From assembly GCA_963824825.1 (NCBI GenBank), contig CAWGQM010000003.1, positions 189,638 to 253,637 on the forward strand: a DNA stretch of 64,000 nt, in the 5' to 3' direction. Source of the DNA: an uncultured Alphaproteobacteria bacterium. GTDB taxonomy: Bacteria > Pseudomonadota > Alphaproteobacteria > Sphingomonadales > Sphingomonadaceae. This document shows positions 50,311 to 58,672 of this stretch, one piece after another. A program made the translations under genes and the position numbers. Numbering within the stretch: position 1 is the stretch's first letter; every line of letters starts with the position of its first letter. The notes below the pieces were generated by a model. That model did no database searches, was not told where the DNA came from, and saw only the letters and a program-made list of their open reading frames with translations.

Positions 50311-51295
50311 TCAGGGCGCGATGGCGAGGCCGTCGCCCTGGGCGCCGGCGGCGAGGCGGCGCAGGACCCGGCCGCTGGCGAGATCCACTTCGGCGATCTG
50401 GTTGCGGCTGGTCTCGGCGGCGTAGAGCCGGCGCCCGTCGGCCGAAAAGAGGATGGTGACCTGGCCCGCCTCCTGAGTGCCGCTGACCGGGATCTCGCGC
50501 ACCGCCGCGCGGGTGCGAGCGTCGATGACGGTGAGGCTGCCATTGCCCATGTTGGAGGTGACGATCCAGAGTCCGTCCGGGCTCGCCGCGACCCGGATCG
50601 GCACCGGCCCGGTATGCACCTCCGCGAGCCGCTCGAAGCTCGCCGAGTCGAAGGCCTGGACCCGCGCGCCCTCGAGGTCGCCGACCCAGAGCGTTCGCCC
50701 GTCCGGGGTCAGCGCGATGCCTTCCGGGCTGGCCGCCGACCGCGATGTCGGCGAGCTTGGTTCCCGCGGCGAGGTCGAGCACGCTGACCGTGCCGGCGGG
50801 GATGTTGGCGGTGAAGGCGCGCCGAGCGTCGGGAGTCACCGCGACCATGTGGGTGCCCTCCTGGCCGGTGGCGATCGCGGCGACCGAGTCGCCGTTCCTC
50901 GTATCGACGACGGTCAGCGACCGGCTGCGCTCGGTGGTGGCGAGGATTCGGCCGTCGGCCAGCCAAATGATGCCGTGCGGGCCTTCGTTGGGCGAAAGGT
51001 CGATCGTCCGGACCTTCGCGCGCGTGCGCACGTCGAAAATGTCGATCGCCCGTTCGCCATAGGCGACCACCGCCGCCTGCCGCCCGTCGGGCGAGATCGC
51101 GATCTCGTGCGGCATCCGCCCGGTCGCGGCTCGGCCGAGCTCGCGCCCCGAGGCGAGATCGATGAAGGAGAGCGTGTTCTCGCCCTTGTTGCCGACCAGG
51201 AGGGTGCCGGAGGCGCTCGCCGCGGCGGGCGGCTGGCTGCTGCCGGCCGGCGCGCAGGCGATGAGCGCCAAAGCAAGTCCGATCGCCGTCTTCAT
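50311..51295 (-). CDS. YVTN/YncE-type beta-propeller lipoprotein (frameshift near 50730)
   Basis: Lipobox LIAC; repeats PHEIAISPDGRQA, HMVAVTPDARRAFTAN, PIRVAASPDG. Confidence 0.85.
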
Positions 51296-51525
51296 CTCCG
51301 TCTCCGCAAAGTTTCGGGCGATATCCTGCCCGGTCGCGGGCAGGGCTGCAATGGATCGATCTTGCGGGTTAAGGGCGAGCCGCCGCGGGTCACCCGCACG
51401 CGGTGAGGCAGGGGAAGGCCAGCAGTATGTTGCCTTTTGGCCACTATCACCGAGCTTGTTTTCGAAGCCTCATATAGGGTTTCACACCCTTGCCAATCTC
51501 GTCCACACATTGTAGGGGAACGTAA

Positions 51526-51540
51526 GTTCACAGTTTGTTC
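51526..51540 (+). promoter_or_regulatory. Alphaproteobacterial LexA (SOS) box upstream of the methyltransferase
   Basis: GTTC-ACAGTTT-GTTC, 13 bp before the ATG, downstream of TTGCCA-N17-TAGGGG. Confidence 0.65.
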
Positions 51541-51553
51541 CGGGAGAACGCCT

Positions 51554-52801
51554 ATGGAACGGAACCAGCGGTATGAACTGCGTCGCACATTTCCGCACAC
51601 CGGTGGCAGGGCGACTGCGATCGATTTGTTTTCCGGCGCCGGTGGGTTGACGCTCGGCCTTTTAAATGCCGGATTCGACGTTTTGCTGTCATCAGACTGG
51701 TCGGTTCCCTGCGCCCGTACCCATCGCAGAAACTTTCCGCATGTGCCTTTTCGATCAGCGGACATTGGCAGGGTAGCCGGTGACGAAATTCTCGCGCAGA
51801 GCGGATTGAAGAAGGGAGAGCTCGATCTCCTGATTGGCGGCCCCCCCTGCCAGGGCTTCAGTATCTTGGGGCAACGTCTGCTGGATGATCCAAGAAACCA
51901 GCTGTTTGGCGAGTTCATTCGCATAACCGGCGAGCTATTGCCCCGGGTTGCGGTCATTGAGAATGTCCCTGGGCTGGCGACCCTCGCCGGTGGCGTGCTT
52001 CTTCGGGAAATTGGCCGCACTTTTGACGCACTGGGTTATGACGTCGAATGCGCAGAACTCTTAGCGGCACAATATGGCGTGCCGCAAATGCGGTGGAGGA
52101 TGTTCTTCGTCGCGTGGCGCCGAGATCAGGGCTTCGGCAGATGCGGCTTTCCTGCGCCTACCCATGGCAATCTGGCGATCGGCGATTTGGTGCCGAATCG
52201 AACTGTCCGGCCGGAACAACTCAAGGGTTTCGTGTCAATCCAGGAAGCCATAGGCGACCTTCCAGCCATTCGGAGCGGCGAAGAATGCTCCCGATATGAG
52301 GGGCAGCCCTCTTTGCCGTACCAAGTGGCAATGCGGGATGGATGCGGGAACGAGCTCTACAACCATTATGCGCCGAAGCTGGCACCGCAGAATATCCAGC
52401 GAATAAGGTCGCTCAAGCCGGGCCAGGATTGGCGTGACCTTCCCGCTGAGCTTCTTCCGATGGGTATGCGCCGCGCCCTCAGAAAGGATCACACACGCCG
52501 GTTCCGCCGCATGCGCTGGGACGGAGTGGCCCGTTCCATCATTACGCGCTTTCGTGATCCAAAATCCGGTGAATATACCCACCCCTCTCAAGACCGCACG
52601 ATCAGCATCAGAGAAGCCGCCCGCATCCAATCCTTTCCAGACTGGTTCGTATTCGAAGGCACCCACACCGATCAATATGATCAGGTTGGCAATGCGGTTC
52701 CTCCGCTGCTCGCGAAAGCTGTAGGCGAGCAGATTCTACGGGCCTTGAATGGTGAGCGGAATGCGCGCAGCGTAAAGTCGAGATATAGGATTTACGCCTA
52801 G
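51554..52801 (+). CDS. DNA (cytosine-5)-methyltransferase
   Basis: DLFSGAGG, GGPPCQGFS, ENVPG, YGVPQMRWR, ISIREAARIQSFPD, QVGNAVPP. Confidence 0.96.
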   Translation: MERNQRYELRRTFPHTGGRATAIDLFSGAGGLTLGLLNAGFDVLLSSDWSVPCARTHRRNFPHVPFRSADIGRVAGDEILAQSGLKKGELDLLIGGPPCQGFSILGQRLLDDPRNQLFGEFIRITGELLPRVAVIENVPGLATLAGGVLLREIGRTFDALGYDVECAELLAAQYGVPQMRWRMFFVAWRRDQGFGRCGFPAPTHGNLAIGDLVPNRTVRPEQLKGFVSIQEAIGDLPAIRSGEECSRYEGQPSLPYQVAMRDGCGNELYNHYAPKLAPQNIQRIRSLKPGQDWRDLPAELLPMGMRRALRKDHTRRFRRMRWDGVARSIITRFRDPKSGEYTHPSQDRTISIREAARIQSFPDWFVFEGTHTDQYDQVGNAVPPLLAKAVGEQILRALNGERNARSVKSRYRIYA

Positions 52802-52819
52802 AATGACGTTCCCAGGCTA

Positions 52820-53929
52820 ATGGCGAGAGCACCGCGCGGGAATTACGTGAGCGAGTGGTTTGGGCACCGCGTGTACCCGCATGTTGTTGGGACCGACAGA
52901 AGCCTATCCGACCAGCGTCAGGAACTCTGCCCGTTCCTGACTCAAGCCACGAGCGAAGAGAGGCGATGCATTAAGCCTCCCGCCTCGCTCGGCGTATGCA
53001 CGGTAAACACGCCTTGCGAAGCGGGGCGGCGCGATTGGCTCGTCTGCCCGTATCGCGCCTTCGATCCCGATTTGATGGATAGAGCGGTGCGCCGCCTTTT
53101 CGGATTTCCAGACGGGCAATCGTCGCTTGTCACCCCCGCGATCGGCCTGGAGAAGGCTGAAACGCGAGACGCTGTACATGGAAGCTTGGCTGCCGGTGGG
53201 CGTGTTTTTGTTTATTTCGATAGTAAACTGGGCGGAGAGCTCAGCATCTCCAGGACCATGGAGTCCCCGGAGCTTTCATTTGACGTCACCGTGATCGAGA
53301 TCGAACTGGTGGACCACGTGCCGCACGTGGGGCGCTTCGGGATCATTGAGATTCAGACAATGGATTTCCACGGGTCTTACAAGCACGTCGTCGCGAATCT
53401 CAAGGATGGGCTTCGCCTCCATCCTTCGAATTTTCCTCAAACGCTGAGCCAGAACCAGCAGTGGCTCTCCGACCGGATGGAAGGTCCCAACATCGCGAAT
53501 GTGTTCAAGCGAACATTCTACCAGATGATGTTCAAGTTCCAGTTGGGCCTGAGTTCTCGATGCGCGGGTTGCGTTTTGGCTGTGCCTTTGGCTGTCTGGG
53601 AGAGTTGGCAGCGTCATCTGGGCGGGCCTACCCTGAAGGAGGAGACAGACGGTACCTTCAGCCTGTTCGAACCAGGCCGGCAACGGCCGGAAATTGTGTC
53701 CGCCTGGATTTATGCCTTCGACCTCGATTTTGCCTCCGGCGTGACTCCAAGCCCAATACGCATCCCTCAGATTATCGCGACGGATGCCGCGGCGATGTCA
53801 TACTATGCATTGGAACTGGCCCCGGCGAAGGCATTGAGTACAATTGAATCCCCCTCTGGAATGATTATGCAGATGAGTCGCCGTCTCACCCGGCTTTGGC
53901 CGGAACTCGGACGCACCCTTACGCTTTGA
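52820..53929 (+). CDS. NotI-family restriction endonuclease (putative)
   Basis: SEWFG, four Cys (LCPF, RCIK, GVCT, VCPYR) resembling the NotI Cys4 metal site, FDV ... IEIQTMDFHG; lies between MTase and vsr. Confidence 0.75.
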   Translation: MARAPRGNYVSEWFGHRVYPHVVGTDRSLSDQRQELCPFLTQATSEERRCIKPPASLGVCTVNTPCEAGRRDWLVCPYRAFDPDLMDRAVRRLFGFPDGQSSLVTPAIGLEKAETRDAVHGSLAAGGRVFVYFDSKLGGELSISRTMESPELSFDVTVIEIELVDHVPHVGRFGIIEIQTMDFHGSYKHVVANLKDGLRLHPSNFPQTLSQNQQWLSDRMEGPNIANVFKRTFYQMMFKFQLGLSSRCAGCVLAVPLAVWESWQRHLGGPTLKEETDGTFSLFEPGRQRPEIVSAWIYAFDLDFASGVTPSPIRIPQIIATDAAAMSYYALELAPAKALSTIESPSGMIMQMSRRLTRLWPELGRTLTL

Positions 53930-53971
53930 CATGTCCTTGCCGTTTTTTGGCGTCCCGTTTCCTGAAAGCCC

Positions 53972-54403
53972 GTGGCCGACCACCTAACTCCCCAAGGGCG
54001 ATCCACCAACATGGCGAGGATCGCCAGCAAGGACACCAAGCCCGAACTATGCGTGCGCCGGATGCTCCATGCGGTCGGTTATCGGTTTCAGGTGAACAGC
54101 ACCGGCCTACCCGGACGCCCAGATTTGGTATTCCGCCGTCGGAAAAAGGTTGTCTTCGTCCACGGCTGCTTCTGGCACCAACATCAAAGCGATACCTGCC
54201 GCCACGGACGGCGGCCAAAGTCGAATACTGCCTATTGGAATCCCAAGCTCGAGCGTAATATTGGCCGGGATAGGGATAACGAACACCGACTAAGAGCAGC
54301 CGGTTGGGATGTCATGGTCGTTTGGGCATGCGAACTCGAGGATCCAGATAGGATTCGTTCCCTTCTGCGGGCCTTCCTGGGGCCGCAGCGGATCGATCCC
54401 TGA
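53972..54403 (+). CDS. vsr: Very short patch repair endonuclease
   Basis: RSTNMARIASKDTKPE, LPGRPDL, FVHGCFWH, YWNPKLERNIGRD, VVWAC. Confidence 0.95.
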   Translation: MADHLTPQGRSTNMARIASKDTKPELCVRRMLHAVGYRFQVNSTGLPGRPDLVFRRRKKVVFVHGCFWHQHQSDTCRHGRRPKSNTAYWNPKLERNIGRDRDNEHRLRAAGWDVMVVWACELEDPDRIRSLLRAFLGPQRIDP

Positions 54404-54567
54404 CTCATTTGCGCCATGCCGACGCCCTTGCCGCCCCGCAGCCCAGAACCCAAAAACACCGCTGCCAACAGGTTGCCCACATATTTTCTGGCCGGCTCGC
54501 TTGCGCCATGCGGATGCCGCGCTACTCTGGAGCCAACAAATTTCTCCGCAGCGGAGTAGAACAGCGA

Positions 54568-54858
54568 ATGGCCGATCTCCCACGCGGGCAGGAAGGGCAG
54601 CTCGGCTTCGACCTCGGCGAAAAGCCCGCGCCCAAATCCTACGAGCCCGACCGCGACGAGGTGCGCGAGGACCTGGGCGCGATCCTCGACGCCGCGCGCG
54701 GCGTGACCGCCGAGGCGCCGTGGGACGAGCGGACCTATCGCTACAACAAGGTCGTGTTCCCGCAAATGGCGCGCTGGCTGCCCGAGGATGAGGCGGCGCA
54801 GCTCTGCTTCGAATTCGCCCGCGAGATCGAGCGGATCGAACGGCTGATGGCGGCCTGA
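54568..54858 (+). CDS. Hypothetical helical protein (96 aa)
   Basis: RBS GGAG; PDRDEVREDL ... PW ... VFPQMARWLPEDEAAQLCFEF; host-like codon usage. Confidence 0.7.
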   Translation: MADLPRGQEGQLGFDLGEKPAPKSYEPDRDEVREDLGAILDAARGVTAEAPWDERTYRYNKVVFPQMARWLPEDEAAQLCFEFAREIERIERLMAA

Positions 54859-54902
54859 CGGAGCGCTGGCGCCGGCCGGTTCCGCGCCTATAAGACGACA
54901 GA

Positions 54903-55655
54903 ATGCGCCGTTTCGCTCTTCTTTCGCTGCCCATCCTCGCCCTGGCCGCCCACCCGCTCGCCGCTCAGGAGCTGCCGGTCGGGCAGGGGGAGGCGGACTA
55001 TCGGACCTGGCTCGACGCCAATCCCGGCCATCGCGGGCAGGTGCTCTCGTTCGAGGCCTGGCAGGAGGCGGCCGGGGTCGCGGGCGTGCTGCCGACCTGG
55101 CAGCTGGTCCGCACCGCGAGCATGTGGCGCGAATGCGGCGGCCCGCCGTTCGAAATCCCGCCGTTTCGCCTCTGGCCCGGAATGACCCGGACTCTGATCG
55201 TGATCCGCGACCAGGTCCGGCCCGCTTTGGGCGCGGTCGAGGCGGTGTCGGGCTATCGCAACCCGGCGCTGAACGGCTGCGCGCGCGGCTCGGAGCGAAG
55301 CGCCCATCTCGATTATTTCGCGCTCGACCTGGTCCCGGTCCGGCCGCTCGAGCGCGGCGACCTGTTCCGCCGCCTCTGCGCGATGCACCGCCGCCACGGG
55401 CCGGCGGCGGGCGTCGGCTTGGGCTTCTACGCCTTCCAGCGCTTCCATATCGACACGAGGAGCTTCCGCCGCTGGGGCGCGGCCGGGCCGGGCGGCAATG
55501 AGAGCCCGTGCGCGGTGATCGAGCGCGGCGGCGATCCGCTCGCCCCGCCGCTGCCGCCGCCGGTCCCGGTCGCCGAGCCCGTTCCGCAGCCCGTCGCGCC
55601 GCCGCAACCGCCCGCCGCAGAGCCGCCCCCGGCCCCGGTTGATCCGCCGCTTTAG
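54903..55655 (+). CDS. Peptidase M15A / D-Ala-D-Ala carboxypeptidase-like metallopeptidase with Pro-rich tail
   Basis: Signal peptide; SGYRNPALN, SAHLDYFALD (HxxxxxxD), FHIDTR. Confidence 0.85.
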   Translation: MRRFALLSLPILALAAHPLAAQELPVGQGEADYRTWLDANPGHRGQVLSFEAWQEAAGVAGVLPTWQLVRTASMWRECGGPPFEIPPFRLWPGMTRTLIVIRDQVRPALGAVEAVSGYRNPALNGCARGSERSAHLDYFALDLVPVRPLERGDLFRRLCAMHRRHGPAAGVGLGFYAFQRFHIDTRSFRRWGAAGPGGNESPCAVIERGGDPLAPPLPPPVPVAEPVPQPVAPPQPPAAEPPPAPVDPPL

Positions 55656-55672
55656 GCACCCATCTTACTGAA

Positions 55673-56428
55673 ATGCTGCAATTTATTCGGGCGGCCGCGC
55701 TTGCGGCAGCGCTCCTCTTCGCGCCGGCGGCCGTGCCTGCCGGGCATGTCCCCGACGCGCGTCCGTCGGCCGTATCCGCCGTCCCGGCCGCTCCGGCCGT
55801 GGCGCCGGCGAGCGCGCCCGCGCCCGATTTCGGCCTCGCCGCCGGCCACGGCCACGCGCCCGGCTCGGGCCTCGCCCCGGGCCAGACGCCGGCCGATTTC
55901 CGCGCCTGGCTCGATCGCTCGCCCGGCCGCCGCGCCGCGCTCGCCGCCTTCGAGGCCCGCCTCGCCGCCGAGGGCGTCGACGCCGTCGTCCCGCTCTGGC
56001 AGCTGGTCCGCACCTCGTCCTCCTGGCGGCAATGCGCGGCGCAGCCGTTCGAGGTCGCGCCGAGCGACAAATGGGACCATATCGTCGCCACCCTGAAGTT
56101 CGTCCGAGACGAGGTGGTGCCCGCGGTCGGCCCGGTCGAGGCGCTCTCCGCCTACCGCAACGAGGCGCTCAACGCCTGCTCGGACGGCGCCCCGCGCTCC
56201 GCCCACCGCCTGTTCTTCGCTCTCGACCTCACTCCGGTGAGCGCCGAGATCGGCCGCGGCGCGATGATCCGCGGCATCTGCGCCGCCCATGCCCGCGACG
56301 GCCGCGCCTACAATGCCGGGCTCGGCTTCTATTCGGGCCGCCGCTTCCACGTCGATTCGAACGGCTATCGCAAATGGGGCGCGGACGGCCGCGGCGCGAC
56401 CAGCCCGTGCGCGACCGGGATCGCCTGA
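55673..56428 (+). CDS. Peptidase M15A-like metallopeptidase, tandem paralog
   Basis: Signal peptide; WQLVRT, SAYRNEALN, SAHRLFFALD, FHVDS. Confidence 0.85.
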   Translation: MLQFIRAAALAAALLFAPAAVPAGHVPDARPSAVSAVPAAPAVAPASAPAPDFGLAAGHGHAPGSGLAPGQTPADFRAWLDRSPGRRAALAAFEARLAAEGVDAVVPLWQLVRTSSSWRQCAAQPFEVAPSDKWDHIVATLKFVRDEVVPAVGPVEALSAYRNEALNACSDGAPRSAHRLFFALDLTPVSAEIGRGAMIRGICAAHARDGRAYNAGLGFYSGRRFHVDSNGYRKWGADGRGATSPCATGIA

Positions 56429-56503
56429 ATCGACTTAAGGCGCGCCGCCGGCCGCTCCATTCCGGACCAAATCGCCGCCCGGCCGCTCTTGCAGGCGCGC
56501 TAT

Positions 56504-56518
56504 GTTCCGTCTATGTTC
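56504..56518 (+). promoter_or_regulatory. LexA (SOS) box overlapping the -10 element
   Basis: GTTC-CGTCTAT-GTTC within TTGCAG-N17-TATGTT; ATG at 56524. Confidence 0.75.
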
Positions 56519-56523
56519 CCTAT

Positions 56524-57528
56524 ATGGACAATTCCGACGACTCGCCCGGCGCCGACCCCGCGCCTCCCGACGATCCCGGCCCCGATCCCGAGATCGAGGC
56601 CCTGCTCGATTTCACTCCGGTCGTTCGCCGCAACAAGCGCAGCGACGGCTGGTCGCCGGATCACCAGCGCGGCTATATAAGCGGCCTCGCGCTGACCGGC
56701 GACATGGCCGCCGCTGCGGCCGCGGTCGGCCGCACCGTGAGCGGCGCCTATACGGTGCGCAACTCGGCCGGCGGCGAGGAGTTCGCCGACGCCTGGGATC
56801 GGGCGCTGGCGCTGTACCAGCGGCGCAACGCGGCGCCGCCCGCCGCTCCGCGCTCGCCGCGGCTCGGCCGGCCGGGCCATCCGTTCCGCACGCGCGACAT
56901 GCCGCGCCGCCCAGCGCCGCCGCCGGCGGTGGAGATCGACGAGGCCGAAGAAGAGGAGTTGCTCGAGGCCATCCTCAAGAAATATTGGCACAAGCTTGAG
57001 GCGGAGCGCGTGAGCCGGCTCGCCGGCCGAATCGTCGAGGCCGATTTCTACGTCCGCCAGCTGACCTCGATCGAGATCATCCTCGATCTCGGCGGCAAGG
57101 CGCAGCCGCTGCTCGAGACGCTGAAGCGCCGCGACGTCCCCGCGCTCCAGGTCGTCGCCACTCCGGCGACCGTGCTGCTCGAGAAATACCGCCGCTTTTA
57201 CTGGCAGGAGCTGGGCGAGGTCGATCGCCCGCCGCCGGCCCCGCTCGGCAAGCATGACGCTGCGGTGAGCTTCGGCGTGCCGACCTACTATAATGCCGAG
57301 CGCGACGGCGACCATGACGAATGGTGCCGCCGCCGGGAGCAGGCCTGCGCCCTCGCGGCCGAGGCGCAGGCCGCCTGGGAGGAGAAAGCGCGGGCGGATG
57401 CCGAGCTGTGGCGGCGGCGGGTCGAGGATGGCGGCGGATCCTCCCCTGGTTTTCCAGGGGAGGGGGACCATCCTCCGGATGGTGGAGGGGCCTCTCCAGG
57501 CGCGGATGGGGCGAAGGCGGGGCCGTGA
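56524..57528 (+). CDS. Hypothetical protein with N-terminal HTH-like domain (DGW..Q..I..LA.TG type)
   Basis: FTPVVRR..RSDGWSPDHQRGYISGLALTGDMAAAAAAVG ... FADAWDRAL. Confidence 0.7.
   Translation: MDNSDDSPGADPAPPDDPGPDPEIEALLDFTPVVRRNKRSDGWSPDHQRGYISGLALTGDMAAAAAAVGRTVSGAYTVRNSAGGEEFADAWDRALALYQRRNAAPPAAPRSPRLGRPGHPFRTRDMPRRPAPPPAVEIDEAEEEELLEAILKKYWHKLEAERVSRLAGRIVEADFYVRQLTSIEIILDLGGKAQPLLETLKRRDVPALQVVATPATVLLEKYRRFYWQELGEVDRPPPAPLGKHDAAVSFGVPTYYNAERDGDHDEWCRRREQACALAAEAQAAWEEKARADAELWRRRVEDGGGSSPGFPGEGDHPPDGGGASPGADGAKAGP
57437..57495 (+). repeat. Half copy of the 4711 palindromic repeat, inside a reading frame
   Basis: GATCCTCCCCTGGTTTTCCAGGGGAGGGGGACCATCCTCCGGATGGTGGAGGGGCCTCT. Confidence 0.8.
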
Positions 57529-57845
57529 AATTCTTCGTGCCCTGCTTCCGGGACCAGCGCGAGACGTCCGAATGGGCATGGCTCCTTGTGCGCGGCTGGC
57601 TGGCGGACAACGGCAAGCCCACCACCCGCCGCCGGGTCCAGGCCTTGGTGGCGGAGATCGACGGCGCCGATCATTTTATCGCGGTCGGCCGCGAGGAGCC
57701 GTTCGGCGGCGAGCTCGCGCTCCTCATCCTGGAATCGGCCGAGCCCAACCTCTTCCACGTCTGCACCCTCTCCCACGGCCTCGACGACACCCCGCCCTGG
57801 TCGCTCACCATCGACGAGAGGTGGCGGGTGGTGGATTTCGAGTAG
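57525..57845 (+). CDS. Hypothetical protein (106 aa)
   Basis: GTGA overlap with the upstream stop; VKFFVP ... RRVQAL ... LLILES ... VVDFE. Confidence 0.7.
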   Translation: MKFFVPCFRDQRETSEWAWLLVRGWLADNGKPTTRRRVQALVAEIDGADHFIAVGREEPFGGELALLILESAEPNLFHVCTLSHGLDDTPPWSLTIDERWRVVDFE

Positions 57846-57922
57846 GGGATAATGGGGCGTGCTTGTTGAAGCGCCGCGCCCCATTTCCCGAGCGCGCCCC
57901 GCGGCTGTCCCCATGCAGAGGT

Positions 57923-58279
57923 TCACTGCCAGATCATTCCCAGGCCCAACAGCAGCAGGAACCCCAGCACCGAAACCACCACGATCGCCCAGGCCGGCCG
58001 CCGGCCGGCGCGCTCGGGATCGGATCGCCGCAGCAGCGACCAGTTGATCAGCGCCCGCACGGCGAGCGCGAGCAGCAGCGCCAGCGCCGCGACCACCGCC
58101 AGCTCGACGGCCAGCATGGCATCGGCCGTCCGCCGGCATTGCGGCGCCGGCGCGCAATGCGCCCCGCTCCAGGCCCAGACGAACAGGATGGGGAGAGCAA
58201 GGACGGCCGCGAAGACCAAAGCCGCCAGGCAGCCGAGGACGATGCCCAGCGGGCCGGGCTTGTCGGGGCTCTTATCCAT
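57923..58279 (-). CDS. Small membrane protein, three TM segments, CxxxxxC loop
   Basis: LGIVLGCLAALVFAAV ... HCAPAPQC ... WAIVVVSVLGFLLLLGL. Confidence 0.65.
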   Translation of the reverse strand: MDKSPDKPGPLGIVLGCLAALVFAAVLALPILFVWAWSGAHCAPAPQCRRTADAMLAVELAVVAALALLLALAVRALINWSLLRRSDPERAGRRPAWAIVVVSVLGFLLLLGLGMIWQ

Positions 58280-58377
58280 ATCGCGGGCGTACCGCTTTCG
58301 GCGCGCCCTCTTCAATCCTGCATCAGCCACATCCTCGCGAACTTCCGGTGACAGGTACGTACCTGTCACCTCCCTAG

Positions 58378-58468
58378 CACATCTGCACCCTCCCACGGCC
58401 TCGACGACACCCCGCCCTGGTCGCTCACCGTCGACGAGCAGTGACGGTGGTGGATTTCGAGTAAGGGG
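58378..58468 (+). pseudogene. Degenerate duplicate of the 3' end of the 57525-57845 gene
   Basis: About 90 bp near-identical to 57756-57848, with small deletions and TGG>TGA. Confidence 0.85.
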
Positions 58469-58514
58469 TAGGCATGCCGGGGAGGAGTGTGACGGCTCCA
58501 ATCAACACAATGCT

Positions 58515-58659
58515 CCCGATCGGGCGCATTGTGCGCTAAGTACCCACAATTCCGCAGGTATGATCCCGCTCGGGTTCATAGAAATTTAGCGCTGCTCCCG
58601 TAAAGGAACAGCATATTTGAAAATTGGGTCTAGGCACGCTATATGCTACCGAACGGGTA
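58515..58659. promoter_or_regulatory. Putative HipB-type operator repeats around the hipBA promoter
   Basis: CCCGATCGGG (58515), CCCGCTCGGG (58565), TACCGAACGGGTA (58647); TTGAAA ... TATATG between the second and third sites. Confidence 0.55.
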
Positions 58660-58672
58660 CAGGAGTGGAATT

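Noticed and set aside
56524-57528. Terminase small subunit marking a prophage
   Set aside because: Only a loose HTH resemblance; no large terminase, portal, capsid or integrase nearby
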